Shown piece after piece: positions 39,526 to 53,389 of a stretch of 64,000 nt of DNA. This stretch comes from Camelus dromedarius (taxonomy: Eukaryota): contig NC_087436.1 of NCBI RefSeq assembly GCF_036321535.1, forward strand, positions 77,688,001 through 77,752,000, in the 5' to 3' direction. Position 1 is the first letter of the stretch; every line of letters starts with the position of its first letter. The notes under the pieces were generated by a model. That model ran no database searches, had not been told where the DNA came from, and saw only the letters and a program-made list of their open reading frames with translations. Position numbers and translations under genes: made by a program.

Positions 39526-41189
39526 GAAAAGGAAGAGGAGTCCTTGACACTAATCTTTAAACAAAGGTTGGGGGAAGGAAGAGGCAGAAGTTGAGGCAAC
39601 TTCCTCACAATTCTTTTGCCCCAGCAATTTGCTTCTCCTTTCTCTTCAAATAAATAAAACCTTACCTAACCAAAATCATATGCAAAAAGACCTATATTCT
39701 TAATGGAAGAATATGGTGGGGTCATTTCTCTTCCCCTTCAAGAATTAGTCTTTCCTTTCTCCAAATCACCACTAAGTAGTTCTGGGTCATCGCTGTCCAC
39801 TCATTCATTCAACAGATCTGATCTGAATACTTATGTTGTACCAGGAACTAGTCCAGGTGCCAGAGAGATAGTGTAGACAAAACAGAGACAATATTTATTC
39901 TGTTAGAACTTATATTCTAGTAAGAAATAAATTCTGTCTTGGCTCTGAATTTTATAGATTAGATATACAATTTAATTTTTAATCATTACAACTAAATTCT
40001 ATTCCATTGAAACCACTTAGTTGTACTGTTGAGTTGATATTGTAGATCTTATGCATTTCAAGTTTCCTTTCTAGTTGGTTATGGCTCATGGGACTTGCAA
40101 TACTGAACAGTTATATGGAATACCAAAAATTTAAGCTAAATATGATTTTACCTTTTGTTATTCATGCTATATTTCATAAAACAGAGATTTTAAAGTAACA
40201 AACTAATTTGCTCAATCAGTTAAATCACACAATTCAATTCTTAGATAACACCGTAATCAGTTCAACTGAGAAACCACCCAATTTTCATTTCCATGTGTGC
40301 TATAGCCCTGACTTTAATGGCTGTATTGATGCTGACTTCTGTTCAAACCCTTCTCTCCTCAAGCCTTTCATCAGAGTTATTGGCAAGCAACCAGATGGGT
40401 TGACATGAGTTTCTCATCCTTTTCCTAGGAGGTTCCATAAATAGTGGTTGACTTAATGACCAGAGGGAATGATCATTCTCTCGCCAGAATACTCTCGTGT
40501 TACTAAAATAGAAGTGAAATGGCCAACAGAAAACTTGAAAGACGGGAACGTTGCTCTGGGTCACCTGTCCCTAAAATTTGAAGGCTTGGCTAAATTAAGA
40601 CTATAATTCACTTCTTGGATAGAATTGCTTGTGAATGACTATAATTTTAAGGATGTCTACAAATATGTATATGGCAAATAATACACCAATAATTATGAAA
40701 CTGGCATGTTTAAAGAATCAAAATATAGAAAACAATCTTTTATACACTATGAATAGAATAATACACATTTATTAATTTCTTTGGACAGGCAACTTCTGCT
40801 CCATATGTAAGGCCTCAAAGAAACAAAAGTCATAAAAGCATTACATTGCCAGGACCTATAGTGCAAAATAAAAGGCCACAGCTCATCCCAGATTACCATT
40901 CTATCTGGGCAAGCCAGCTTAACTTTTTTCCCTAAAACTCAAAGAGTTGGGGCAGTTCAGAATTTGACAGGGCACTCAATAACCATAAGCCCTGTTCAGA
41001 TAATTTCTTGCCTCTATATCTAAAAAATAATTTGTTGAATTCCACTATAAGATTTATTATGCATTTGATATGCATTTGAGAAATAAATCCTTTGCCTATC
41101 TAACCATTATAATCTACCCAGCATGGAAGCATGTTAAAGTGATCATATATGGAGAAAGCCATTTAAATGGTTCTAAAAATACTGGTCTT

Positions 41190-41330
41190 GGGAAGAGCGG
41201 TATAGCTCAGTGGGAGAGTGCATGCCTAGCATGCACAAGGTCCTGGGTTCAATCCCCAGTACTTCTTCTAAAAATAAATTAATTAATTAATTAGAAAAAT
41301 AAACCTAATTACCAGTACCCCCCCCCAATA
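41190..41330 (+). mobile_element. tRNA-Ala-derived SINE (Vic-1-like)
   Basis: GGGAAGAGCGGTATAGCTCAGTGGGAGAGTGCATGCCTAGCATGCACAAGGTCCTGGGTTCAATCCCCAGTAC...AAACCTAATTACC..CCCCCCC. A box, AGC anticodon remnant and B box are present. Confidence 0.9.
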
Positions 41331-41544
41331 AGACACCAGTTTTAATCTTAAGGCATTCTATTTGATTCATCTGTTGGTTAAATGTACCTAAATTATCTTT
41401 TGAAATCATTGGTATATTACCAAAACATTTTAGAGAGTCACAAAAATAATTGTTTTCTTTTTCCTGGTACAACAATGTAAAAAGGTCAACACAACCAGAA
41501 GTACTGTGAATACTTTCAAACACTTTTTTGTGATTGTTGAGTGA

Positions 41545-41790
41545 GTAGCACTGTGATTAAAAGTACAGACTCTTGAGTCAGATTGTTTAAATTTGCATTC
41601 AACCCCCACCACAATGAGCTGCGTGGCCTTGGATAAGTTACTCAATCTCTCTGGGACACAGTCCACATTAGTAACATAAAAATAATAGCTCCTGTCTAAC
41701 AGAGTCGCTGAGTTGAAATGAGATCTCTCTATTAAGAACTCAATAGGATACTTGACACAGAAAGCATTCAGTAAATGTTATCCCCGTGAT
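41545..41790 (+). mobile_element. MIR SINE
   Basis: 'gagtcagattgtttaaatttg...gctgcgtggccttggataagttactcaatctctctg...cattcagtaaatgtta'. Confidence 0.7.
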
Positions 41791-41987
41791 GATTAGAGGA
41801 CCATGATATATTAAGTATTATCACTATGATGATTAGGGCAACAATGTTACTATTTCATGAGCGCAATTTGTTATATTTTCTACAAATAGAGCAAACCATT
41901 TTGCATTTTTATAAATGTCTGCAAAAAGTTATTAAACAACAGACAAATGTTTGTTATATAATGACTAGACAAATCTGTAAAACCCAC

Positions 41988-42154
41988 CTGCCAGCACAAA
42001 GATATGGTTTCCTGGTTCTCCTTGCTTAATAATGTAACTCCCTTGCTGGTAGTTTCTCCCATACATGCATTCCACCATGTCTTTGATCTGCTGAGGATCC
42101 AGTCTCTTCAGAAATTGATTTTTATTAAGGGCATCTGTAATGAGTTTCTTCTCA
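41988..42154 (-). CDS. PRKG2: PRKG2 exon 3 (start of cNMP-binding domain A)
   Basis: Encodes (S)EKKLITDALNKNQFLKRLDPQQIKDMVECMYGRNYQQGSYIIKQGEPGNHIFVLA(E). CAG| acceptor, |GTGGGT donor, 167 nt. Confidence 0.97.
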
Positions 42155-45100
42155 CTGGTGTAATGGAAGGGAGATGTTAGTTACAATTAGTGAAAAGTCA
42201 TGTTTTGCTCTTTAGATTCACTTCCTTTTTATTCTTGACATTACTATCTATGTATTTACAACATTTCCATCAAGGACAATTTTGTTTTTCTATTCCCACC
42301 AACATCTGACCCTCATAACTACCGTATTTTACTTGTAAATCCTTTGAAAATATTTTGTTTCTGGTAATCATCATTAAATCAATGTTATCATCACTCCTAA
42401 CGGTCATCATCACAAATGTAGCATCTTTCAAGATCCCTAGATGCAAAATTAATGGACACATGACTTTTAGATGGAAAGCAAGTCTGGTTGGCAGGTAGAA
42501 GGTGTATCTAAAGAACTATAACACAGCATTCATTCATTGACATATACACACATGCCTAATTATATTTTACTTAATCCTCACAACTATCCTGTGAGACACT
42601 GACTATTCCCACTTTATAGATAAGTAGACTAAAAGCTAAGAAGCAGCTTATTCTCCCCTAGGATTTAAATCTCAGTCTGTGAGTCTGAAGTCTATGCTGC
42701 TTCCATTACATCTATTGCCTCTTCTGAGCTGGAGAAGTCAGCTCCCGTGGGACTCATAAGGTTTGATCAGATGTAGAGGGTGATGGTGGTAGTTCAGATT
42801 TGCCTACATTTTGACTCTCAGTATGTCTAGACAAATCCCACATTTCCAATCTTATAGCCTATTCATTCCCCAAATCCAAGCCTACCTGATGATAATCCTA
42901 GAACACTCTATTTTCTTTTGGAAAAGGAGTACTTCAAAATAATTACCTAATCTTCATCACTGTAAATTTCAAATGTTCTAATTACCATACCTTATATGTA
43001 TATATCATAGCGCTGGAAGAAAAGTTGCCTTGTGGGCTAAGTAAGAATCTTTGCACAATATTTGCTTTCATTCAAATTCAGCATGATTTTGTTAAATAGG
43101 GTTTTTTTTCTGTATTTTTCATTCAAACTCTCTCCCATCCCTAGCTTTGCTATTTAAAAACCTGTGATCCTTCCTACACAGAAAGTTCTCAAACACAAGG
43201 TAAAGTTTCATGGAATTAGATACTACCTTCATGATCCTATCCATCAGATCATTAGACTGCATGAATGAAACAGAATAAAGTGTTAGACAAATTCCTTCCT
43301 CCCTACAGTGACTCCATCGTCCTCGGAGCCATCCAAACTCTCTGAGTACTTGGAGAACTTACTTCTTTCTTCATCTATCACTACATCTTGTCAATTCTCT
43401 TTACAAAATATCACTGTTACCCATTTTAGTGTCCATTTTCAAGGATGTTCCAAGAAAAAAAATCTTAGCTCTGGACAATTCAAACAGCTTCTTTTTTGGT
43501 TTTTCAGCTTCTAGCGTCTTTCTTCTGCAGTCCACACTATACCATACTATCAGATTAATCATGGTTAAAAAAACAAAACAAAACTGACTTCACCCTGATC
43601 TCAGTCTTCATCCACGAAAACCAACAATTCAATCAATTAATATATACTGAGAAAATACTTTTGCAAGGTGTTCTTCTCACTGCAAGGGGTAGAACTGTGA
43701 ACAACACCAAAAAGCTCCAGCTTTCATGGGTCCTTCATGCTAGTGTAACATTCCAGCAAGTGTTTCTTCAATGCCCACATATCCCAATTTTCTGAAATAT
43801 GTTCCAAGAAGCACTGTCCTTTTATAAACAAAAGTGTGCTGAACTTAAACAATTTTGGAAATTCACCATGCACACTTACAAGGTTCAAAGAAATCTTGCA
43901 GTAAACAAATTCGTTTAAACCAATGTTTCTCAAACCTCAACGTCTTTTTCTTTCTTTTTTTATTTTGTTGGCTTAACTTTTATCAGCATCCCATGGAAGT
44001 ACTGTGAAAACCCTTTTGCCCCTAGAAGAAAATCAACATCCCACAATCTGGTACTCTCCACTTCCCACCACGTGCCTCCACTCTACCTGTCTAGTACTTA
44101 CTTTCAAAAACAAATTCTTTGTTATAAATAGACCGGTATCCTTGTGGTCTCCCATGCCTGCCAGCTTTACCTTCAGGCTTGGTACATGTTTTCTTCTTGA
44201 ACTTAACTGAGTTATTCTCCCCTCAACCTATGCAAACATTGCACATCTACCAAGAAACCCCTTATAACCTAGTCAACCTTGCCCGGATACTGTTGCTCAC
44301 ACAATTCTTTTATTCTACTCTGAACTCCTTCCTAGAGTACTTGTTTTCATGTCCATTCAATTCAACATATTTAACAAGAATTTACTTAAGAGCATAGAAA
44401 TTAATTAAGCATGGTCCATGGCCTCAGAGAGTTCCCAGATCCTCTTAACTTAGTTTAGTGTATAAACATATGGTAATAGTCTACTATTAGAAAAGAGTTC
44501 TCCCTATGAGTTTTTCTCCAAAGTAAACTATAAATTCTTAGAGGAGTAGGTCTTGTCTTGAATTTTCTGTTTAATAAGTTGCATACAGCAGCAATTAAGA
44601 GTAAGAACTTTGCAACTCCTCCTACAACTATGATAGGCCAGCTATTAAAAGCACAACTCTCCCTGCTCACACAAAACAACTATAAAAGCTAATTAAAATA
44701 TATATTAATAAATCTTTTTGAAAGCCCTGGAGACCTATAAACATAGCAACAGCTTGACAAACGATGGTCAACAAGAGAACATGAACTTGACATTCACCTC
44801 TGCTTTTCCCTTCAAGGCATTTACTGATTTATAGGCAGCACTGAGCAGAGTTTTGGCAGTCTCAAAGGTTGAGAAGACACAAGTCAGTGTTCAAGACACC
44901 ATGAAAGAGGGACCCTGATAAACACCCAGGGTTTCAGATAGAACATCTAAAGGGCTGTAATGTAGAAGTAAAGACTAACCAAAAACAGGCAAAAAAAAAC
45001 CAAAAATCAGTCTTAAAAGAAAAAGTTCCTATTTTGGCTAAAATGATTTGTCCCTTCTTAACCGCCTGCCAGAAGCAAAGGGAAATATTTTCTGTAGGAT

Positions 45101-46555
45101 GTTAACAAAATCCAGGACTCAAATTTTCTCTACAATTTTTCCGTAAGGAGTATCTGGTATGAAATCAAAAATTGCCAGATATCTTTTCAGGAGAAAAGAT
45201 TCAATTACTGAAGACCAAGAGAAAAAGAAGACAATAGAAACATAACAATAGTAGATCAAAAAACTGTACATATCAGGCACAAAGTTTAATATAACTATAA
45301 TGGGTTTATAAAAATCAGGGATAAAACGGAAGACGTCAGCAGAGAAAATGAATCTTATTTAAAAATCAAATAGAGATTCTAGAATTGAAGCATACACTAT
45401 CTGAAGCTTGGAACTCAATAGGTGGGTTTAAAATATGATAAGACATAGCTGAAAAAAAAGATTAGAAACTCAATACTGGCAGGTGGACTATATTCAGATA
45501 GAAGATTGGAGAGAACCTAGGATAGAAAACAGAAAACCAAAACCGAAACAAAACAAAACATAGGAGACATATAAGGCATGATAGAGAAGTTGAGCATATC
45601 TGTAATCTGGACCCCTGAAGAAAGGGAAAGAATTGAAACAATATATGAAGGTATCACACTCAAGAATTTTCTTAAAGCAGTGAAAACACATCAAGTCATA
45701 GACAATGTGCACAACCACCTCCAAACAAAATATATACAAAGAAAACCATATTTAGTCCCATCATAGCCAAATTACTGAAAACCAAATACAAAGAGAAAAA
45801 TCTATAAAGCAGCTGGAGAAAAGAGACATATTACCTTAAAATGACCAACAATAGGATTGATTAAACTCTTCAACAGAAATAATAAAAACCAGAAGACAGT
45901 GGAACACCTTCAAAGTGCTTCAGAGTGCCTATTTCAGTATCTTTCCCCAGTGAAAAGAGCCTTCAAAAATGAAAGCAAAATGAACACATTTTCAAAACAT
46001 TATTCCATTGGCAACAGACTTAACAGAGAAGGAAAATGATCCCGGATGGAAACTAGTAGATGTTAGAAGAAAGAAAGAGCAATGGGAAAGAAAGAGCAAA
46101 AGTAAATACGGGGGTGACTAAAGGAAGCTCACCTTTATAAAAAAAAGTAATAACAATATCTTGTAGAGTTTGAAATATGTGATAAATAAAACGTATGAAA
46201 AGAATAGCCAAAATTGGATGGTCAGAAAATGGAATTAATATAATTCAAGGTCTAGGAATTGATAAAAGCATTCATCTATATTAGAAATTGAATAAATTAA
46301 GTATGCATGTGATAATTTAGGGTAACCCCTAAAGGTTGGCAGCTTAACTAGAAAGCTAACAGAAGAGAAAGTAGAATAAAAATACATACTTAACTAATTC
46401 AAGAAAGTGGAAAGTAGAGAAAAAAGGAACTAAAAAAAGTGGAACAAATAAGAAACAAATAGTAAGATGTTAGGAGTTAAACCCAAATATTCTGTATTTA
46501 CAGTAAAGATAAATGTATTAGATATCCCAATTAAGAGACCAGATTGTCAGACTGA

Positions 46556-46556
<1 letters not shown>

Positions 46557-46603
<47 letters not shown>
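46557..46603. repeat. (TAAA)11 tetranucleotide microsatellite
   Basis: Read directly from the sequence. Confidence 0.95.
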
Positions 46604-46709
46604 GGAAATACCAAGTGTGTGTAGCTTATAAAAGGTATGCTGTAAAGATAATGATATAGGAATTTCAAAGTAAAAAGGCAGAAAAAGACACATATTTAAA
46701 CACCAATCA

Positions 46710-47078
46710 CAGGCATACCTCAGAGATACTGTGGGTTCATTCCAGACCACCACAAAATAAATATCGCAATAAACCAACTCAATTCACACAATTCTTTTGG
46801 TTTCTCAGTGCATATAAGTGTTATTTTTACATTATACTGTAGACTATTAAGGTTGCAACAGCATTATTGTCTAAAAAAGCAACGTACATATCTTAATTTA
46901 AAAATACTTTCTTGCTACAAAATGTTAACCATCACCTGAGCCTTCAACGAGTCATGGTAGTAACATCAAAGATCTCTGATCACATATCATCGTAACAACG
47001 GTAATAATAATGAAAAAGTTTAAAATACTGTGAGAATTACCAAAATGTGACACAGAGACAATAAAATAAGGTATGCTG
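46710..47078 (-). mobile_element. Internally deleted Tigger1-derived element nested in L1
   Basis: Starts CAGGCATACCTCAGAGATA... and ends ...CAATAAAATAAGGTATGCTG, both Tigger1-type termini, about 370 bp apart. Confidence 0.8.
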
Positions 47079-49719
47079 TGTAAAGAAAATTTTCCTTGAT
47101 ACAGGAAAGTAAACTTTAATGAAAGACATTATTTCCAGAAATGAAGAGGAATATTTTATATTCTAGATGTCTATGCACCTAATTAGATACCATCAAACTG
47201 ACAAAAAAAACTGACAAAATTAAAAGAAGATATAGACAAATCCACGATCATCTGGGAGATTTAACACATCTCTCCAAGTAACTAATAGAGCAAGCAGACA
47301 AAAGTTAGTTAGAAAATAGAAGATTTACACACTTGATTATCACACTTCACTTAATCTCATGATCTAATTGATATTTTAAAAGACTGTATTCAACAAATTC
47401 AGAATACACCTTCTTTTCAAGTACACATGGAGCTTTCATGAAAACTGACCATGCAGGGACCATAAAGCAAATCTAACAAATTTCACAGGAACAAATAATA
47501 CATAGAATATTCTTTGAATACAATAGAAGCTAAAAATTTAAGCTAGAAATCAATAACAAAATCAATAACAAAAATAATCAGAAAATCCTCAAATGTTTGA
47601 GAACTGAGCAATACATTTCTAAACAGCCTGCTGATGAAAGAAAGATTAAATCATAGAGAAGTCAGATAATATTCTGAAATAAATAATGAATATGTGATAT
47701 ATCAAAACTTGTAGGATGCAGTTAAATCAATAGGGAGAGGAAAACCTGCAGTATTAAATAGATATATTACAAAACAAAACAGATGAAAAATAAATGACTT
47801 AAGTGTCCATCTGAAAAGAATAATTGGGCTCAAAAAAAGGGAAAAGGAAATAATAAAATGGAAGCAAAAAGTAATAACACAGAAAATAAAAGTGCAATGA
47901 AGACAATCAAGACAACCCAAAACAGTTTATTTGAAAAGACTAAGAGAAATGATAAATTCACAGCAAATGGGGGTGGGAGATGGTAGGGAGAAAGAATAAT
48001 TACCAACGTTCGAAATGATAAGGGAGACATCACTATAGATATTACAGATATGAAAAAAGTGGATAATATTTAATAACTATTTTTAAAATTTAGATTAAAT
48101 TAAAAATTCATAGAAAAATACAGCATACCAAATCTGACATGAGAAAAAAAATAGAAAACCTGATTAGCAATAAACAAAATAAAAAATAAAAACTATCCCA
48201 CAAAGAAAATTCTAGACCTAAGTGACATCATTAAGTTTTCCAAACATTTAAGGAAAAACTATTGTTAATCTGATATAATATTTTCCAGAAAATAGAAAAA
48301 AGAAAAATTTCCCAACTGATAGTGCCAGAATAGCATATTAATAAAAACACATATTACAAGAAAGAAAAATTGAAGGTTAACACTCCTAATTAAGATAGGT
48401 ACAAAAGTCAAAAACAAACAAGTATGTAAAATAAGTTTTCTAGATCAGACTGAAAATTAATTACTATAATTAATCACATGAAAAAAATTAAGAGAAAAAT
48501 ACATAGCAAAATCCTATAGGATAAGGAAAAAGTATTTAATAAAATTAAAGACCTGTATACAAGTTTTAATTTTAAAATCACTTAGTAAATCAGGGATAGA
48601 GGGGAATTTCCTTAATCTAAAAATCTATAAAATAAAACAAAAATAGAAAGTATCATGTCACATGTGAAATACTGAAAGCTTTCCTCCAGATGTCAGAAAT
48701 GGGACACTTCAATGCTGAGTAAGAACTCTGAGCAAAATTTAATAAAATGAGAAAAAAAGAAATAAAAGAAAAAATATACCAAAGATATAAACACATTTTA
48801 GAAATAAAATGGCCATTTTTTCCAAAAGACATGGTTCTGTAAGTAGAAAAATTCATATAATGTACAGCTAAAAACTATCAAAATTAATAAGTGATTTCAA
48901 TAATCTCACTGGATTCAAGGTCAATAAGCATTCAATTGCATTCCTATATCACAGCATCAAATTAAAATGAAAATTTTTAAAAGACATCATTTTAAAAGAT
49001 CAAAAACATCAACTATATAAGATTATATCTAACAAAAATGTGTAAGACCGCTACACAGAAAAGTACAAAATATTAAGAGAAATAACAAATATCTAAATAA
49101 ATGGAGGCCTATAGCATGGTCGTGAATGGGAAGACTACATTTTTTAATGATTCTATTCAAATTGATTCGGTTCAATGAAATCTCAATAAACATTCTAATA
49201 AAAATTGTTTTGATGAAAATTGACAAGCTAACTCTAAAATACTTAGTCATAAGAAGGCCCAAGAATAGCCATCACAGCACTGGAGAACAATAAAATTGAA
49301 GACTTAAAGTAATGGGTATCAAGAATTATTATTAATCAAAATAATTGAGAGACTATACTGCTGGCACAAGGATGGACAAAAAAACCTTTGAACAGAAAGT
49401 TCAAAAATCACCCCAAACATACATAGATATTTGATTTATGACAACAGTTATACTATAGAGCTAGGAGGGAAAGCCGACATCGTAGGAAATACACACATTA
49501 AAAAGTGCTCACCCTTGTTAATTATCAAGGAAAAGCAAACCAAAACCACAATGAGGTACAACAACATACCCGCCAGAATGGCTCAGATAAATAGGACTGA
49601 CAATGCTAAATGCCAGTGAGGATGGAGAGTAACAAAATTCACACCTTGCCAGTGGGCAATGTATACGTTTTTCAAACATTTTGGAAAATAATGTAGCAAT
49701 CTATATTAAATGTGAACTT

Positions 49720-49815
49720 AGATAAAATGTACTATTCATACATTATGCCGTACACCAGAAATTGACACAACATTGTAAACTGACTATACTTCAATAAAAA
49801 ATAGTAAAAAAAAAT
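49720..49815 (+). mobile_element. Short lineage-specific L1 3' end nested in the older L1
   Basis: 'ccgtacaccagaaattgacacaacattgtaaactgactatacttcaataaaaaa'; same family as the copy at 36838-36966. Confidence 0.75.
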
Positions 49816-50221
49816 CGCTGAACTCCAGAATCAACCAAATATCCATCAATAGTAGAACTGATAAATTGTTGCACAGTCATATAACAAACACCATAAAGCA
49901 ATGATAATTCATGAACCATTGCCAAATACAATATCATAAATGACTCTCACTATGTAAACTAAAGAAGTCAGACTGTAGAGTCCGTACTCTATAATTCTAT
50001 TAACATAAAGTTCAAATATATGCAATAATAATTTATGATAATGCCAGTGCAGATGGTGGCTACCTTTGAAGTAGATAATAGGGAAGGACTGGAAGGGAGC
50101 AGAAAGGGCTTCTGAGGTGCTGCTAACGTTCTGTTTCCTGATCTGTTTGGTGGTTACATGGGCGTGTTCACTTTATGATTTGTGTACTTCTATTAAAAAT
50201 TCATTTGAAATAAATGTGTAT

Positions 50222-50350
50222 ATGGCTTTGGAGGCAGAAGATCCTAGGTTCAAATCCCAGCTTTGCTACTTCCCAGCTGTGTGACCTTGGTCAAGTCACT
50301 TAACCTTTCTGAACCTCAGGTCTTTCCTCTGTGAATAGAGCATAGTAATC
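50222..50350 (+). mobile_element. MIR SINE
   Basis: 'ggttcaaatcccagctttgctacttcccagctgtgtgaccttggtcaagtcacttaacctttctgaacctcag'. Confidence 0.8.
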
Positions 50351-52332
50351 ATACTTACTATATAGGAATACTATGCACATGAACTAAGATAAGGTGCCAA
50401 TACATAATAAATTGCAGTAATTGTAGTAGGTGGCAATGGTAGTATTTATAGCATGCTTTTCGTGGGGAAGAGTGGGATGGGAAAAGTTCTAGAAACCATG
50501 GAGAAACAAAAAGGCACTGCCAAGACCCTCTGCTCAGTGTAAAGTTCCTCCAGTAGGGCTGGATCTCGAATTTCTGTCCATCAGTGGCAGCATCCATTGG
50601 TAATCCTTTCATAATCCTTTTATACCCCCAACTTACGTAATCAACATTCTTTGAAGCAATAAATTCTTGTCCTCTAAGTTGCTTCAGGAAGTTTAATTTG
50701 TCAAAGTCTGCTGACAGTTCTTGTTAAGCTGGGTCCTCAATCTTCCTTCTCTGGTCCTGTTTCCTAGAGGCCTGTGTTCTCACTGTTTTTGCCTGTGTCT
50801 TGCAAACTTCTTTGCACAAGGCTCAGTGTAAAGCAGGGACCAAAAGCCTCCAGTTTACTTCTCAACTATCAAGAATTTCTTGTGAGCACAGAGGCCAAGG
50901 CAACTTCACTTGTGCAGCATTTCATAGCTTAATTATAGACCCAAATAGAAAGCATATTGTAAGACATATTTGTCAAGGGCCCAAGATCTAAAAGCTGGAA
51001 TGCCAGGGATTCCTGGAATCTGGAATGCCAGTATTGAATTTCTAAATCTGCCACTAAGGAACTGTGGAACCCTGGGCAAGTCACTTAATCTCCAGTTGTC
51101 TCAGTTGTAAAAAGATTATAATCATAGTCCATAGGTCAAAGGATTTCCAAGAGAATTAATTAACAATATAGAGCACAAAGAGCATGGCCTGGAACATAAA
51201 ATACATTACGTAAGGGATAGGTGTACTATTATAGGTCAGCAAGTTACCAGCAACTTAAAAACCTTTGAGTTAAAACAACTCTGAAAACTCTATCCTTGAG
51301 AGTTTATTTATTCAGAGAGACTCCTTCACACTGTAGGTAAAACTCCTGACAGTCCAGGCCCCCTCCCTGTCCAGCCTCCCCATGCTCGGAGTACCCCAGG
51401 CCCACGGTACTGCTTGCAGGCCCCCAAGTGCGGCAGGCCACTTCATCTCCAGGCCCTCCATTCCTCCTCAAAATTCAGCTCAAGGCCGTCTCTCCAATGG
51501 CTCTTTCCCTGATGCCACCAAGCAGTCTGCTACCTCCTTCTTTTGGACATCCATCTCTTAGAAGATCAGTCATACAAGACTGTAATACATTTTAATTTCC
51601 TGAAAGGGATCTTCAAGGATGATCTTCAAGGGTGTGCCTACCCTTTCTTCATCCTCTTACCTAAAATCCAGAATTGTCCCTGGCACATAGTAGGGACTCT
51701 ACAAAATTAATGCTAAATGACATTCAAATTATTTCCTAGTTTAACAATGATGGCTATGGAGACAAGAGGGGAGGTGGGAAACACCAGTCACCTAGGAAGC
51801 AGGCACAGGTAATAAGCAGGACAAGCATCTCTTTATTTCCTTCTCTCTCAATATTTTGAGTAATAAACCAAAAAGAAAAAAAAAGCTAAAAAATGCATGT
51901 TTATAGTTTGAGAAACTAGCGTGAGAAAGATGAGGTCCTTCTGTAGGTAATCGGAAAATGAGCGTAACTCTCTCCTGTCGACTCTCTTACCCTATTGCCC
52001 GTGTAATTAAGTACAGTTGTAATTTGATCATGTTTACTGTTACTTCATGCTTACAACAAACATTTCACCCTCCCTTTCTTAAATGTGTGCAGATGATCCA
52101 ATTCCCAGGAGCCTCAAAGAACAGAGTTTCATAATGAAATGTTGAAAACAAGCAAAGCTTACGGGGAAGCTAATCTGACACACACAATGATATGCATAAT
52201 CATCACTATGCTGCATGGTAATTAGGTAGAAATGGTAAATAGTTTTCTTACATGTCTGTAATGAGCATCGCTCTCAGATTGTCAAACTGAGTATTTCGGG
52301 AATCAGCTGCAGGGACGCCTGTTCCTATAACA

Positions 52333-52517
52333 AAATGGTTCTCTCTCAATCATCACTGCACATTACAATTGTCGAGGGACCTTCTCTAAATCCTGACACC
52401 CAGGGCCCTCAGTTCAAACTGATTTAATCAGACTCCCTGGGGTTGGACCAGGGCCTCCGTATTTTTTAATACTCCCCTGGTGATTACAATGTGCACTTAA
52501 GGTTAAGAATCACAGCT
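52333..52517. mobile_element. MER5A-like hAT-Charlie relic
   Basis: 'tggttctc...ctgcacatta...ctgatttaatcag...tactcccctggtgattacaatgtgcacttaaggttaagaatcacagc'. Confidence 0.65.
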
Positions 52518-52829
52518 GCAAACAAGAAAACACAAGGGAGTTTGAAGCTGTCCTTTCCCTCTATATTCCCACAGCTCTGGGAACAAGTCTCCCTTGAAGG
52601 CTCATCAAATAATCAATCAACTACTATTAAGTAATTAATGATTGATTAATCAACAATAATCAGATGAATGTTCATCACAAGACTCTGCTATATCTTATTC
52701 TCCTTTACAAGATGACAAATTACTACAGAAAAGGGAAAATCATTACTGTTCTTCCTTCCAGCATCCTTTATGGCACCTGAAACAGCCTGGCACTTAGGGG
52801 CATACTGTCAAGTCAGCCCCAGGACTCAA

Positions 52830-53300
52830 CACTTTTTTTTTTTCAATTGTTATAAAATACATAACATAAACTTTTTAAGTGCTCAGTTCAGTGGCATTAA
52901 GTATACTCCCATTATTTCGCATCTATCCCCACCATCCATCTCCAGAACTTATCTCATATTCCCAAACTAAAACTCTGTACCCAATAAACAATGACTCCCC
53001 ATTCCCCGCTCCTCCCAGCCCCTGGAAGCTTCCATTCTACCTTATGTCTCTAGGAATTTGACTGCTCCAGGTACCTAATATAAATGGTAATAATACTCAT
53101 TTGAATCTTATTTCACATAGCATGATGTCCTCAAGGTTCATTCACATTGCAGCATGAAAAAGGAAAGGATTTCCCTCCTTTTTAAGGCAGATTAATACCT
53201 CATTTTGTGTATATACTGTATTGTGTTTATCCATTCTTCCATCAATGGGCATTTGGATTGTTTCCACCCTTTGGTTCTTGTGAATATGCTTCATGTAAAG
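52830..53300 (-). mobile_element. LINE-1 3' end (L1MB-like)
   Basis: Poly-T head, then 'taagtgctcagttcagtggcattaagtata...cagcccctggaagcttccattctac...tcctcaaggttcattcacattgcagcatg'. Confidence 0.8.
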
Positions 53301-53389
53301 ACTCTGGACTTTTGATGTATGGCTTTACATATCCAGTGTGGCCAACATTCTTAGAGAAAATCTCACACCAGAGAGGCAGAAGGGCCTGG

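Larger units (their letters stand above)
44620..50215 (+). mobile_element. Long degenerate LINE-1 (L1ME/L1MD-like): 5' region, ORF1, ORF2 and 3'UTR remnants, antisense to PRKG2
   Basis: A-rich plus strand with ORF1-like ('aaattactgaaaaccaaatacaaagagaaaatc'), endonuclease-like ('ttcttttcaagtacacatgga'), RT-like and 3'UTR ('ttctgtttcctgatctg...ggttacatgggcgtgttcacttt') segments. No intact ORF. Confidence 0.8.

Noticed and set aside
41190..41270. tRNA-Ala(AGC) gene (also at 7780-7851 and 12160-12237)
   Set aside because: The acceptor stem is not properly paired, AT-rich SINE tails are attached and one copy has a TSD; these are tRNA-derived SINEs.
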